From assembly GCA_963733035.1 (NCBI GenBank), contig CAVTBU010000007.1:256001-320000 (forward strand): 64,000 nucleotides of DNA. Reading direction: 5' to 3'. A program made the position numbers and the translations under genes. Shown piece by piece: positions 1 to 9,667 of the stretch; the first letter of the stretch is position 1; every line of letters begins with the position of its first letter. This stretch comes from Pirellulales bacterium. GTDB taxonomy: Bacteria; Planctomycetota; Planctomycetia; Pirellulales; PALSA-1355. The notes below the pieces were generated by a model that saw nothing but the letters and a program-made list of their open reading frames with translations, was not told the DNA's origin and did not search any database.

Positions 1-1
1 C

Positions 2-76
2 GGCGGCCGAGCCTTTCCGGAGGACGTCGGCTTGCTCGTTGGTCGAATGACTGCCGAGGCGGAGGTCGGGCGATGA
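2..76 (+). CDS. 3' end of an upstream gene, probably a fourth member of the paralog family that follows (partial)
   Basis: Frame from nt 2 reads GGRAFPEDVGLLVGRMTAEAEVGR*. GG-x5-DVGL resembles the family C-terminus GGQLDDERTDVGL. Its TGA (74-76) overlaps the next ATG (73-75). Confidence 0.5.
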   Translation, partial: GGRAFPEDVGLLVGRMTAEAEVGR

Positions 77-1425
77 GCGAAACGACACATGACGTCTCAA
101 ATGAAGTCCGACCATCCCGACGCTGGCGGTGGCTGAAACTCTGCGGGCTCGGGTCGCTGGCAATTTTGGGCGTTGCTCTGATCTGGTTCGCCGTGGCAAA
201 CTGGCGAGCCAGCGCGCGCTTGAATGCAAAGCTGGCCGAGCTCAAAGCCGAGGGAGTACCGCTCTCGCTCGTCGAACTTCAACGTACCCCACCTCCGCCC
301 GAACAGAATGCGGTCACTTATTTGTTGCGGGCCAGGGAAGAAACATCGTCGATCGCCCGCGCCATCGAAGAAGCTTGCAAGGCTGCCGGCGACACGGATG
401 AAGATAGTACACAGTACGATGCGTTATGGGCTGGGCGTCCCGGCGCGTCGGTACTCGATGCGATTCGTGACACCCTTGCGAAGCATACCGAGGCGGTTCC
501 GCTCCTGGTCCAGGCCTCGAATTGCCCTGACTATGACTGGCAGTACGACTACGATGCAGGCACACAATTCAATGACCGCGAGACTTCGTTCTTTGATGAG
601 GTGTTTGAGCAGTTGGGCTATAAGCGCGACATCTTTCGTGTGCTGTACTACCAATCACTGTTGTTGGCTAGCGAGGGAGAATGTGAGCAATCTCTACGAA
701 CTTGTGAGGCGATGTTGCGGCTGGCCAAACTCTATGGCCGCGATCCGTTGCTGGTCAACTACCTGGTGGCGAACGCGGTCTATATGGTGACCGTCAGTGC
801 GATCAACCAAGGGTTGCGCACGGGGCCAGTTTCTAGTGAGACGCACCAGCAACTCGAGGCTGAACTCGCCGCCGACGACTTGGATGAGCAGTTCCGACGG
901 GCCATGATGACCGAAAGGGCCTACGCACTGCAGAGCTTTCAAGATATGAGCGAATTATGGAGTTACGCGGTGACAATGTTTCCACCGTTCAAACGGGACA
1001 ACGCGTATATGGCCAGCGTTTTCGACAAGTTCGCCAATAGCACTCAGCGGCCGTTTGATTTCAAGCTGAGCGGTGAATTGAAGGCGATCCAGGAATCGGG
1101 GGGAGTATTCACGGGTCTCGTGCTGCCAGCGCTCTTGGCAAGCCGTGGGTCGTTGGCGCGCGTCCAGGCTCTGCAGCGGTGTGCACGCGTGCTTAACCAT
1201 TTGATTGCCCAAGACCCCGACGGAAACAAGAGCGTCTCAATTGAAAAGTTGGGGCTGCCGGCGGATGCGACGACCGACCCCTTCAACGGCAAACCTCTGC
1301 GCACCAAGCACACCAATGCCGGCTGGCTGGTCTACTCCGTCGGTCAGAATCTCAAAGATGATGGCGGCCAACTGGACGATGAACGGACGGATGTCGGCCT
1401 CGGGCCAGTGGTTGTACGGCAGTAA
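73..1425 (+). CDS. membrane-anchored hypothetical protein, paralog 1, GspG-like C-terminal motif
   Basis: 450 aa; basic N-terminus then a hydrophobic helix (LCGLGSLAILGVALIWFAVANW); C-terminal DPFNGKPL...GWLVYSVGQNLKDDGG; similar along its length to the next two genes. Confidence 0.85.
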   Translation: MSETTHDVSNEVRPSRRWRWLKLCGLGSLAILGVALIWFAVANWRASARLNAKLAELKAEGVPLSLVELQRTPPPPEQNAVTYLLRAREETSSIARAIEEACKAAGDTDEDSTQYDALWAGRPGASVLDAIRDTLAKHTEAVPLLVQASNCPDYDWQYDYDAGTQFNDRETSFFDEVFEQLGYKRDIFRVLYYQSLLLASEGECEQSLRTCEAMLRLAKLYGRDPLLVNYLVANAVYMVTVSAINQGLRTGPVSSETHQQLEAELAADDLDEQFRRAMMTERAYALQSFQDMSELWSYAVTMFPPFKRDNAYMASVFDKFANSTQRPFDFKLSGELKAIQESGGVFTGLVLPALLASRGSLARVQALQRCARVLNHLIAQDPDGNKSVSIEKLGLPADATTDPFNGKPLRTKHTNAGWLVYSVGQNLKDDGGQLDDERTDVGLGPVVVRQ

Positions 1426-1574
1426 GCGATTGCAGCACGTGGTATCAAACGGAAGCGGACCGGCCGCGAGGTTGTCTGCGTGCTATCATCGTTGTGCCGC
1501 CAATTCGCGCCCGGGCCATTTGCCCGCCTGCCCTGGACTGGCGAGCTAGTATTTCGCCGAATTGAGGAGCGGTC

Positions 1575-2863
1575 ATGCGTACCACCTTGCGGATTCGTAA
1601 ATTCGGCGCCCTGGGCCTCGTGGCGCTGGTCAGCGCCGCGCTCATCTGGCTGGCCGTCGCAAATGCGCCGGCCAAGGCCCAAGTCGAAGAGATAGTCGCT
1701 CAGGCGCGTGCCGCCGGCGACCCCGTCACGATTGCCGACCTGGCAGCCAACCCGCCCGCGCCGAGAAGAACGCGGAAACCTACCTGCAACTGGCCGAACT
1801 GGGGAGCGAGGCGATCAACCGTGAAGTGCACGAGGTTTGGCAACAGGAGGAGGCCCGACAACAGCAGCGGGGGCAGCAAGTCCCCGAGTCGTTTGACGAT
1901 AGCCCGACGATGATCGAGGCCTACCGGAAGGCGTTTGCCGCTCATCCGGAGGTAGTTCCGTTGCTGTTTCAAGCCTCGGATTGCCCCGAGTATTTTCTGA
2001 ACTTGAACTATGACGCCGACTCCGGTGGCCAGTTCGTCGCCGACATGCTGCCGAAGGTGCAGATGTCGCGCGCCGCCATCCGGGTGCTGAACTATCGCGT
2101 GCGGTTACTGCTGAGTGAAGGGAAGCGCGAAGAAGCGTTCGACACCACTCTGGCGATGCTCCGGCTCTCAAAGCTTTTCAGCCAGGCTCCAGGGCTCGTG
2201 GGCCAACTGGTGGCGATTGCCATTCGTGCCGTGTCGATCAACGCCGCCAATCGCGTGCTGCGAGACGGCCCGTTGCCGCCAGAAGCGTATGCTCGGCTCG
2301 AAGCGGAGCTGGCTCGGCAGGATATTCACGCCGCTTACCGACAGTCGCTGTTGACGGAGCGCGCGATTGGATTGGCCCATTTCAATGACGCCAAGATGCT
2401 TCCCAACGTGGGTTTGCCGGATGGCAAACGCGATCAAGTGAGCTACCTGCAGTTATTCGAGGTGCTGATCGCAACTGCCGACGGGCCCTACGGAGATCCC
2501 GACGTTAAGGCGGCGATCCAGAAATCCTTGGAACATGCCGGCCCGTTGACAAAGGGCGTGGCGCCGGCGATCGAGGCGACCCAAGTGGCCGTAACCCGCA
2601 CCGAAGCGCAAACCCGTTGCCTGCGCGTGCTCAACGCCATTCTCCGCGACCCACCAGAGAAACAGTCTGACGTCAAACTATCCGACCTGAACCTGCCCGA
2701 AGGCACCACGACGGATCCCTTCAACGGTCAGCCTCTGCACCTTAAACACGCCGACACGGGGTGGGTCATCTACTCGGTGGGCCAGAATCTCCAGGACGAT
2801 GGTGGCCAACTGGACGACAAAGCGACGGACGTGGGCTTCGAACCGATTGATCTCGCCAAATAG
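1575..2863 (+). CDS. membrane-anchored hypothetical protein, paralog 2 (frameshifted at ~1761)
   Basis: GAGGAG RBS before ATG 1575. Adding one C at 1761-1762 joins ORFs 1575..1913 and 1826..2863 as ...NPPAPEKNAETYLQLA..., matching PPPEQNAVTYL and PAPETNASTYL in the paralogs; ~429 aa. Confidence 0.8.
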
Positions 2864-2980
2864 TTGCGTTCGCTTGGCCGAATACTGTGAGTATTGGATT
2901 CGTGAGATTGAATCGGGTAGGAACTGGGTAGAATGAGCAGAGGGACATTTCCTACTTCAATAGCGATCTCAACCATCCTC

Positions 2981-4336
2981 ATGTCCATCTGTCGTCACTT
3001 GCGGCTCGCGGTGCTTTTCCTCGTCGCGCTGCCGTGCGCCGGCCTGCTCCACTTAGCATCAAGTCAGGCCGAGCAGCCCGACAATGTGCAAACAGTTCTG
3101 GATCGGCTCCGCGCACAGGGCGAACCCATCTCGATCGCGGATCTCGGCGCCAACCGTCCTGCCCCAGAGACCAACGCATCGACCTATCTCAGGCAAGCCC
3201 AGGACGCTTGCCGCGAGATCGATGATGCGATGGGTGACTTCTGGGAAAGACAGGGCTCGTCCGATGAGGCACTCGAAGCTGCGCTCCAAGCCGTCGTGAG
3301 CGGGCAGATTCAGCAAGTCGAAGAGGCGCCACAGGCATCGGAGGAAACCGTGGAGGTCCAGGAGGACTTGGAATATAGCGAAGCTGCAATCGAAGTCTAC
3401 ACGAAAGCGTTTGCAGCGCACCCGAAAGTCTATGACCTGTTGCAACAAGCGGCTTCTTGTCCGAGTTACTTTCTCGATTTGAACTATCATCCGAAGTCGG
3501 CGATCGACTTGATTGGGGAGATGTTGGAGGAAATACAGGAATCCCGATCGGCCATTCGCGTGCTCAAGTACCGAACCATCATGCTCATGAGCGAAGGCAA
3601 GCATGAGGAAGCGTTCCAGACTTGTCTGACGGCATTTCGGCTCTGCAAGCTATTCGATCAGACTCCTTTTTTCATCGGCCAACTCATTTCCATGGGCTGC
3701 CGTGCCGAAGCCGTGGATCTCACGAACCACGTTTTGCGGTCTGGGCCTGTGTCTCTCGATTCACACAAGCAGTTAGAAGTCGAGTTGGCACAAGTCCATC
3801 CGGGCTCAGCCTTTCGCAACGCGCTGCGTTCGGAACGAGCGTTCGGAATGGATGCCTGCCGAGAGGAGGCCCTGGCCAATGGTAAGGGGGAGCCCGCGGT
3901 AGCGTCCGTTCGAATCGAATGCCTGGCGCTGTATGACGTTCTCATTGCAAATGCCACTAAGTCCTACTATGACGAAGCGGCCAACGCCCAGTTCCAGGCC
4001 TCGTTGAAAAAGCTCGGGCCAACAGCCAAGGAACTCGAATCTTCGTTCGAGGGAATGAACGTCGCCGTGGCGCGCAGTGAGGCTCAGCTTCGCTGTCTCC
4101 GGATCCTCAACGCCCTCCTCAGCCGCCCGCGGGACGAACAAACCGACGTCAAACTGTCGGAACGCGATTTGTCCGAGGGGACAACCACCGATCCTTTTAA
4201 CGGCCAGCCGTTGCACCTCAAGCACACGGACGACGGGTGGGTCATCTACTCGGTGGGGCAGAATCTCCACGATGACGGTGGCCAACTGGACGATGAAGGT
4301 ACAGACGTCGGGCTTGGCCCAATTGTCGCACCTTGA
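2981..4336 (+). CDS. membrane-anchored or secreted hypothetical protein, paralog 3
   Basis: Signal-like MSICRHLRLAVLFLVALPCAGLLHLASSQA; same DPFNGQPLHLKH...GWVIYSVGQNLHDDGG end. Alternative ATG at 2933 overlaps a TAGAAT -10-like box, so 2981 is preferred. Confidence 0.85.
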   Translation: MSICRHLRLAVLFLVALPCAGLLHLASSQAEQPDNVQTVLDRLRAQGEPISIADLGANRPAPETNASTYLRQAQDACREIDDAMGDFWERQGSSDEALEAALQAVVSGQIQQVEEAPQASEETVEVQEDLEYSEAAIEVYTKAFAAHPKVYDLLQQAASCPSYFLDLNYHPKSAIDLIGEMLEEIQESRSAIRVLKYRTIMLMSEGKHEEAFQTCLTAFRLCKLFDQTPFFIGQLISMGCRAEAVDLTNHVLRSGPVSLDSHKQLEVELAQVHPGSAFRNALRSERAFGMDACREEALANGKGEPAVASVRIECLALYDVLIANATKSYYDEAANAQFQASLKKLGPTAKELESSFEGMNVAVARSEAQLRCLRILNALLSRPRDEQTDVKLSERDLSEGTTTDPFNGQPLHLKHTDDGWVIYSVGQNLHDDGGQLDDEGTDVGLGPIVAP

Positions 4337-4563
4337 TGCCAGCCTGCGAGTGCCAGCAAGGTTAAGGCCACGCTGGACAAGGACCTGCCGTTGCTATCGT
4401 CGTCAGTAGCACGGTGCAAGTCGTCATAACCGGCCCTGCTGGCGAGCTAGAATTCCCGCAGTGCCGATGATCTTTCGGGGGCAATCGTCCTTCGGGGTCA
4501 TGGCCGCCCCAGATTGCCCGTGGGGTTCGAAGCCTCGTTTTCTTCGCCGGAAAACCTGCTGAC

Positions 4564-5227
4564 ATGAAGACGCGACTTTGCCTGCTCGTCCTGCTGCTTT
4601 CGACCACCGCGCCGGTTGCCGCTCAAGACATGCCCTTGGTGCGCAAACTTCCTCGAGCAGCAGCTCGTGGCCGAAATGCTGCAGCACGCGTCCGAGGAAA
4701 CCGCCTGGTACAACGAGAAGAGTGTCGACCGGCAGAAGTGGACTAGCGGCAAGCTGCTGGGCAAAAAGATTCGGCTGGCGTCCTGGACCGAGCAGTCGAA
4801 AACGTGGCTCTGGCTCGAAAATCCGGCCGAGTCGCTGGAGTTGGAGCTGACGCGTCTGGCGGTCGTCGAAGGTCGGGCCGAGTTCGCCCTGCGGGCCGTG
4901 GCCAAGGCGCGCTTCAAAGCCTGGGGTCGCATCCCCAAGCTCGCCAAAGGGGCGGTCGGCGGGAACGTGTTGGCGAAGTTCGAAATCGAAGGCTCAACCT
5001 CGATGGCCGGCGGCGGCTTTGGCGGTACCCAGGTCACGAAGTTCAAAGGCGAACTGACCGACCTGCGATTCAATAACGATTTGGCTCATCCGTTCGAGGA
5101 TCTCGTCAAGGACGCCCTGAACGACTATGCCCAGGACAAAAACGCCAAGCTCCGCCGCAGCGTCGAAAAAGCAGTCGATCGCGTGCGGTTCTCGAAGACC
5201 GCCAAGACCACGGCGGCCGGCAGGTGA
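4564..5227 (+). CDS. secreted hypothetical protein (frameshifted at ~4646)
   Basis: Signal peptide MKTRLCLLVLLLSTTAPVAAQ in ORF 4564..4746. Removing one base at 4645-4648 joins it to FLEQQLVAEMLQ... of ORF 4616..5227; ~220 aa. Confidence 0.7.
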
Positions 5228-5310
5228 GAATTATGTCTATAGCGCGCAATTTCACGCATCACTCGCGCTAACGCAATCTTGGAAGCCGGCCGTGGCTGAC
5301 GGCCGTCGGG

Positions 5311-6951
5311 CTAACCGCGAACTGCCGCCACGGCCTTGGTCGCCGCGTCGCGAACGGCGGCATCACGGTCCTTCGTCGCTTGCTCCAGCGCTCCGAGGGC
5401 CGGATTGGCCGCCGGCCCGAGATCGCCCAGGATTTCGGCTGCCATTTGCCGCGACTTGGGCATGTTGGACTTGAGTCCGGCAGCCAGCTCGGGAAGCACC
5501 TTGGCCGCGGTTGCCGGCGATTTGCCTTCGATCTGCACGAGTGCCCAGGCGCAGAGTAACGAAAGTGAACTATCTTCCGAGTTGATTTTCTCCAGCAAGA
5601 CGGGCTTCGCGGCCGCCGCCGCCGGGCCAATGCGGCCCAAGGCGTAGGCCACCCCGAAAGTAAGCTGGCTCTCGGGCTGCTTGAACACTTCAACCAGCGC
5701 CGGTACCGCGTCCTTCGCGCCGGGGCCAATGTTTGCCAGGGCGTGCGCCGCCTCGATGGCGACATTCGGATCCTCGTCGGTTAGCAACTTGGCCAACTCG
5801 GGCGCGGCGGGGGCGGCCGGCGGTCCAATGCGACCCAAAATGCCAGCGATCTGCGGACGGAGCGGTTTGTACTTGAGCGCGCCGATCAGCCTCGGCACGG
5901 CCGGAGCGCCGAGGCCGGCCACGGCGTCGAGCAGGTAGTGCACCGTCGTTTCGTCAGCGCCAGTGAGTGCCTTGGCGAAGATCGGCCCGGCGATCTCCGG
6001 GCTCGGCGGCAGCGACGAAAGTGCCCGTGCGGCGGCGGTGCGGACAAAGGGATCTTGATCCTTCAGTTTTTCGACCAGTCGCGTGATAATGGCCCGTTTC
6101 ATTTTCATGTCGTCGGGATGGAGGCGACCCATCACCCAAAGGCTGACGGTACCCAGCATCGGGTCGTCGCTATTGACGTTCGCCCGGATGACGGATTCCG
6201 CCTCGGGCGGGACCTTGTCGATCGCTCCCAAGGCAAACGTGGCGGCAACTCGCGAATTCTGATCTTTCAGCAGCGGCACAATAGCATCTACGGCGTCGGC
6301 CGAGCCAATGGCCGCCAGTGCCAAGGTCGCCTCGCGTCGAATCTCCGGACGCGGGTTCTTTAGCGCCGCGACAAGCGCCGGCACGGCGGGCGCCGCGTCG
6401 GGACCAATATCACGCAGAATGATGCAGGCCCAATAGTCCGCGTCCGGATTCTTGAGGGCTTCGATAAGCGCAGGCACCGCATTGCCTTTCGCATCGGCCA
6501 CGGCTTCCATCACCCGCATGCGGATGCCCGGATCGGAATCGTGCATCAGCTTGGCAAATAGCGGGACGGCCACTTTCGGTCCGGGGCGAATGTTCTTGAG
6601 GGCATCGATGGCCTGCCGGCGGACGGTAACCTCGGAATCGCCCAGCAGCGCGATGAGGTTTTCTGCAGCGCCCTTGGCATCGGGGCCAATGTGTCCCAAC
6701 GATCGGGCCGCGTAAGCCCGAACCACGGGTGACTCGGCCTTAAGCAGTTCGGTCAGCGCCGGCACGGCAGTCGCGCCCTGCGATCCCAGTTCTTGAATGG
6801 CCTTGAGTTGGGCTGTTTCGTCGGACGACTTGGCCGCGGCGATCAACTCGTCGACCGTGGGCTGCTGGGCACTGGCGAGCCCAGCGATTAGCCCGGTACA
6901 AAGTCCAGCGGCAATCAGGCCGCACTTGAAGAGGGAACGAGCGAAGATCAT
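5311..6951 (-). CDS. exported HEAT/PBS-lyase repeat protein
   Basis: 546 aa; signal peptide ending ASA-QQ; many repeats such as AVPALTELLKAESPVVRAYAARSLGHIGPDAK. Confidence 0.9.
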   Translation of the reverse strand: MIFARSLFKCGLIAAGLCTGLIAGLASAQQPTVDELIAAAKSSDETAQLKAIQELGSQGATAVPALTELLKAESPVVRAYAARSLGHIGPDAKGAAENLIALLGDSEVTVRRQAIDALKNIRPGPKVAVPLFAKLMHDSDPGIRMRVMEAVADAKGNAVPALIEALKNPDADYWACIILRDIGPDAAPAVPALVAALKNPRPEIRREATLALAAIGSADAVDAIVPLLKDQNSRVAATFALGAIDKVPPEAESVIRANVNSDDPMLGTVSLWVMGRLHPDDMKMKRAIITRLVEKLKDQDPFVRTAAARALSSLPPSPEIAGPIFAKALTGADETTVHYLLDAVAGLGAPAVPRLIGALKYKPLRPQIAGILGRIGPPAAPAAPELAKLLTDEDPNVAIEAAHALANIGPGAKDAVPALVEVFKQPESQLTFGVAYALGRIGPAAAAAKPVLLEKINSEDSSLSLLCAWALVQIEGKSPATAAKVLPELAAGLKSNMPKSRQMAAEILGDLGPAANPALGALEQATKDRDAAVRDAATKAVAAVRG

Positions 6952-7055
6952 GAATGACGCCTGAGAGAGAAGTTTCGATTACAAATCCGGACCCACGTCG
7001 CCGGAGAATTTACTGGACCGCGTTGGAATCCAACGTCGTCTAGGGGCGATCGTGA

Positions 7056-7769
7056 CTAACTAAGTTGAGTCTTGCATGCCGTGTACATCAGGCTGTTCAA
7101 AAAGCCTTTGCAGATCCCGTAGTCTTGCGGCGGCAACTCGCGAATCTGCGACTTGAGTTGCTGATTCATGGAATTGATGATCTGCCTGGCTTTTACCTGA
7201 TCCGCGTAGCTGAGTGCACCCAACTGCGAATAGGATGAAAAAAGCTTCTCGAAATTGGCGCGGTCCGCCGCGAAGACATCCAATTGCAGCGCCGAAGGCC
7301 AATTCAGCTTGCCGGTCACCGCGTTGAGTTGCCCAGGGCTAAGCGGCTGCGGCGCCATCTCGTGAGCAAGGCGAGCAATTTGCTCGGCCGTCGGATGCGG
7401 ACCGCGTTCGGCCTCGCGGGCCGCCTTATTGGTTGCCCGCATCTCGAAGTAGGTATTCGTGTAATCCTGACGATTTTGGATTTCCTGCTTTTGAGCTTGC
7501 GTCATGTTCACCGCGGCAGCCGACGTACTGAGGTTGTAGTCGCCCTTGGAGCTAATGACGTTGGCCATGCCCGTCATCGACGAGCCCGCCGCCGTGGTGC
7601 CCGCCCCGCCGTAGTAACCGCCGTACCCGCCGCCGTACGCACCCATCGACGGCGGCGGAACCGCCGGTTGGTATGCTTGCGATTGCTGTTGAGGCTGCTC
7701 GGGTTGCGTTTGCCCGAACGCGAAGCAAGCCAACGTGACTACGGAAACAAACGAAATCAAACGCCTCAT
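7056..7769 (-). CDS. secreted hypothetical protein with Gly/Tyr-rich N-terminal segment
   Basis: Signal MRRLISFVSVVTLACFAFGQ, then Q/P-rich and GGYGGYYGG segments and a helical body. Alternative start at 7787. Confidence 0.75.
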   Translation of the reverse strand: MRRLISFVSVVTLACFAFGQTQPEQPQQQSQAYQPAVPPPSMGAYGGGYGGYYGGAGTTAAGSSMTGMANVISSKGDYNLSTSAAAVNMTQAQKQEIQNRQDYTNTYFEMRATNKAAREAERGPHPTAEQIARLAHEMAPQPLSPGQLNAVTGKLNWPSALQLDVFAADRANFEKLFSSYSQLGALSYADQVKARQIINSMNQQLKSQIRELPPQDYGICKGFLNSLMYTACKTQLS

Positions 7770-8005
7770 GGACTTTTCGCTCCTCATCGCGGGTTCGGTG
7801 AACCCTCCAATATAGTTGGGGCATTAAGGGCTGCCAATGTTTCGCGCTGCAAATCAACCGTTCAAACAGGGGATCAGGTGAGAAGTGCGAAATCGCCCGG
7901 AAAAACCAATGGCTGGGCGAATGGCTCGCAGTAGCGTGTCAGTCGAGATGAATTCGCGGCGTGGCCGCCAAGGGGACCGAAAGGGTCGATTGTCTGACGC
8001 TGAGG

Positions 8006-8212
8006 TTAATACAACGCCTCCGGCGGAGCACTTTGCCTCACCCGCTGCCGAACCTCTCGCTCGATCGCCCGTCGCAACCAAAAGCGGCCCCAGAGGCTCG
8101 CGGCGGCGAGGCGCTCGCTGAATTCCGCCTCCACCACCGCGCGAATTTGCGGCTGGATTGCCGCACAGGTCCGCGCGTATCCGTCGCAGACAAAAAGAGT
8201 CGAGCGGTTCAT
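8006..8212 (-). CDS. small hypothetical protein (68 aa)
   Basis: AGGAC upstream of ATG; amphipathic helical sequence ending APPEALY; fills the gap co-directionally downstream of the LysR gene. Confidence 0.55.
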   Translation of the reverse strand: MNRSTLFVCDGYARTCAAIQPQIRAVVEAEFSERLAAASLWGRFWLRRAIEREVRQRVRQSAPPEALY

Positions 8213-8344
8213 TGACTTGCGTCCTCGCTCAATTGGCGATCGATTTGGTGCCTCGGGCAAGGTCTATCGAGGTTCGCTCTCGCGATTCTAACACGGCCGG
8301 CGGCCTGTGGCGCGACAGCGAGTCAACGGATGGATGGACGCTGG

Positions 8345-9376
8345 TTAACCTCGACCACGTTTTGCCGATCTGCCGTGCGGGCCGCCGTCGGCCCGGCCGT
8401 CGATGGGGCCGTAAAAGCCGAAGAGCTGGTTCGTGCCCGGGGCATCGGCCGGCAGGCGTTTTCCCTTGGTTGCTTCGCGCATCAATTTGACAAAGCGTTC
8501 TGCCGCAGGAGAGAGGAATTTGCCTCTGCGGATCACCAGGCCGTAGGTGCGTTTGGGGAAGTAGCGGGAAAGCGGGATGGCGACCAGGTCTTCCTCGCCG
8601 CTCAGGCAGATACTGGTCACGATCGAAATGCCAAGTCCGAGCGAGACATACTTCTTGATGACTTCCCAGCCGCCGGCCTCCATCTTCACATCGTACTTCA
8701 GCTTGTGCTTGGCAAAGGCGTAGTCCACGACACCCCAGGTCGTCAGGTGGCTGGGGGGCAGGATCAAGGGATAGGGCGAGACATCCTTGAGCGTGACCCG
8801 TTTTCGCTTGGTGAGCGGGTGCCCTAGTGGCACGATGAGCATTGGGTCGTAGGTGAACATCGGTTGGTACTCGATGTCCTCCCGGACTTCGATCATCGAA
8901 CCGACGGCAAAATCGGCCTCGTCGGCTCGCACCATCGCCAGGCCGTCGCGGCCCGTCACGTTGTGCAGCTTCAGTTCGATCCCCGGGTAGAGCTCCGCGT
9001 ACTGCTTGACGAATTGGGGCAGCAGGTAGAGCGTGGTCGATTCTCCGGCGGCGATGTCGAGCCGGCCGGTCTCGATGCCTCCCCGTTTGGCCGTGAACGT
9101 GTCTTCCAGCGCGTCAATTTCCTCGACCAGCGGCGCCGCCAGTTCATAGAGCGTCTTGCCGTCAGGCGTGAGGCTGATCTTGGGGCCGCGGCGTTCGAAG
9201 AGCGTGGTTTTGAATTCCCGCTCAAGTGCCTGGATTTGCAGCGACACGCTGGGTTGGCTCAAAAACAGTTTCTCGGCCGCCTTGGAAATGCTGCCCGCCT
9301 GAGCGGCGTGACAAAAGCCACGGAGCTGTTGGAGCCGGTTCTGTTTGTAGTACTGCGAGCTGGGAGCCGTGGCCAT
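8345..9376 (-). CDS. LysR-family transcriptional regulator (CysB-like substrate-binding domain)
   Basis: HTH LQQLRGFCHAAQAGSISKAAEKLFLSQPSVSLQIQALERE...LFER...LTPDG; GGAGG RBS before ATG 9376; divergent from aceBA. Confidence 0.95.
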   Translation of the reverse strand: MATAPSSQYYKQNRLQQLRGFCHAAQAGSISKAAEKLFLSQPSVSLQIQALEREFKTTLFERRGPKISLTPDGKTLYELAAPLVEEIDALEDTFTAKRGGIETGRLDIAAGESTTLYLLPQFVKQYAELYPGIELKLHNVTGRDGLAMVRADEADFAVGSMIEVREDIEYQPMFTYDPMLIVPLGHPLTKRKRVTLKDVSPYPLILPPSHLTTWGVVDYAFAKHKLKYDVKMEAGGWEVIKKYVSLGLGISIVTSICLSGEEDLVAIPLSRYFPKRTYGLVIRRGKFLSPAAERFVKLMREATKGKRLPADAPGTNQLFGFYGPIDGRADGGPHGRSAKRGRG

Positions 9377-9464
9377 CGTGCAACCTCCACCTGTGTCGGG
9401 CGGTCTCTTTTGGGCGGCCATTTTCTCGCGCGGCAACAAGTGCCGTGGTACGAACCGCCGGCCG

Positions 9465-9550
9465 TCCATTCAATCATAGCGCTTATTAATATATACCATT
9501 TTATTGATAGTTTCAATGATTGGTATTGAAAGGATTGTTGTGTTCAATTC
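9465..9550. promoter_or_regulatory. AT-rich divergent promoter region with candidate LysR operator dyads
   Basis: Strongly AT-rich island in GC-rich DNA; dyad TTCAAT-N7-ATTGAA (9512-9530); CAATCAT (9471-9477) inverted with ATGATTG (9516-9522); T-N11-A at 9477-9489. Confidence 0.6.
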
Positions 9551-9667
9551 TTGAAGACGTGGTTAGAGTTTGTTCACAGGCGTGCCACGACGCCGTGATT
9601 CACGAACCAAACAATCCGTCGCGAAAGCCAGGAAAGCCGCGAAACCATCCTTCGAGGGGAACTCCCC

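Noticed and set aside
5227..5311. Short hairpins TAGCGCG/CGCGCTA and CGGCCGT/ACGGCCG between convergent genes
   Set aside because: Short stems without U tails are expected by chance at this GC content; at most weak terminators.
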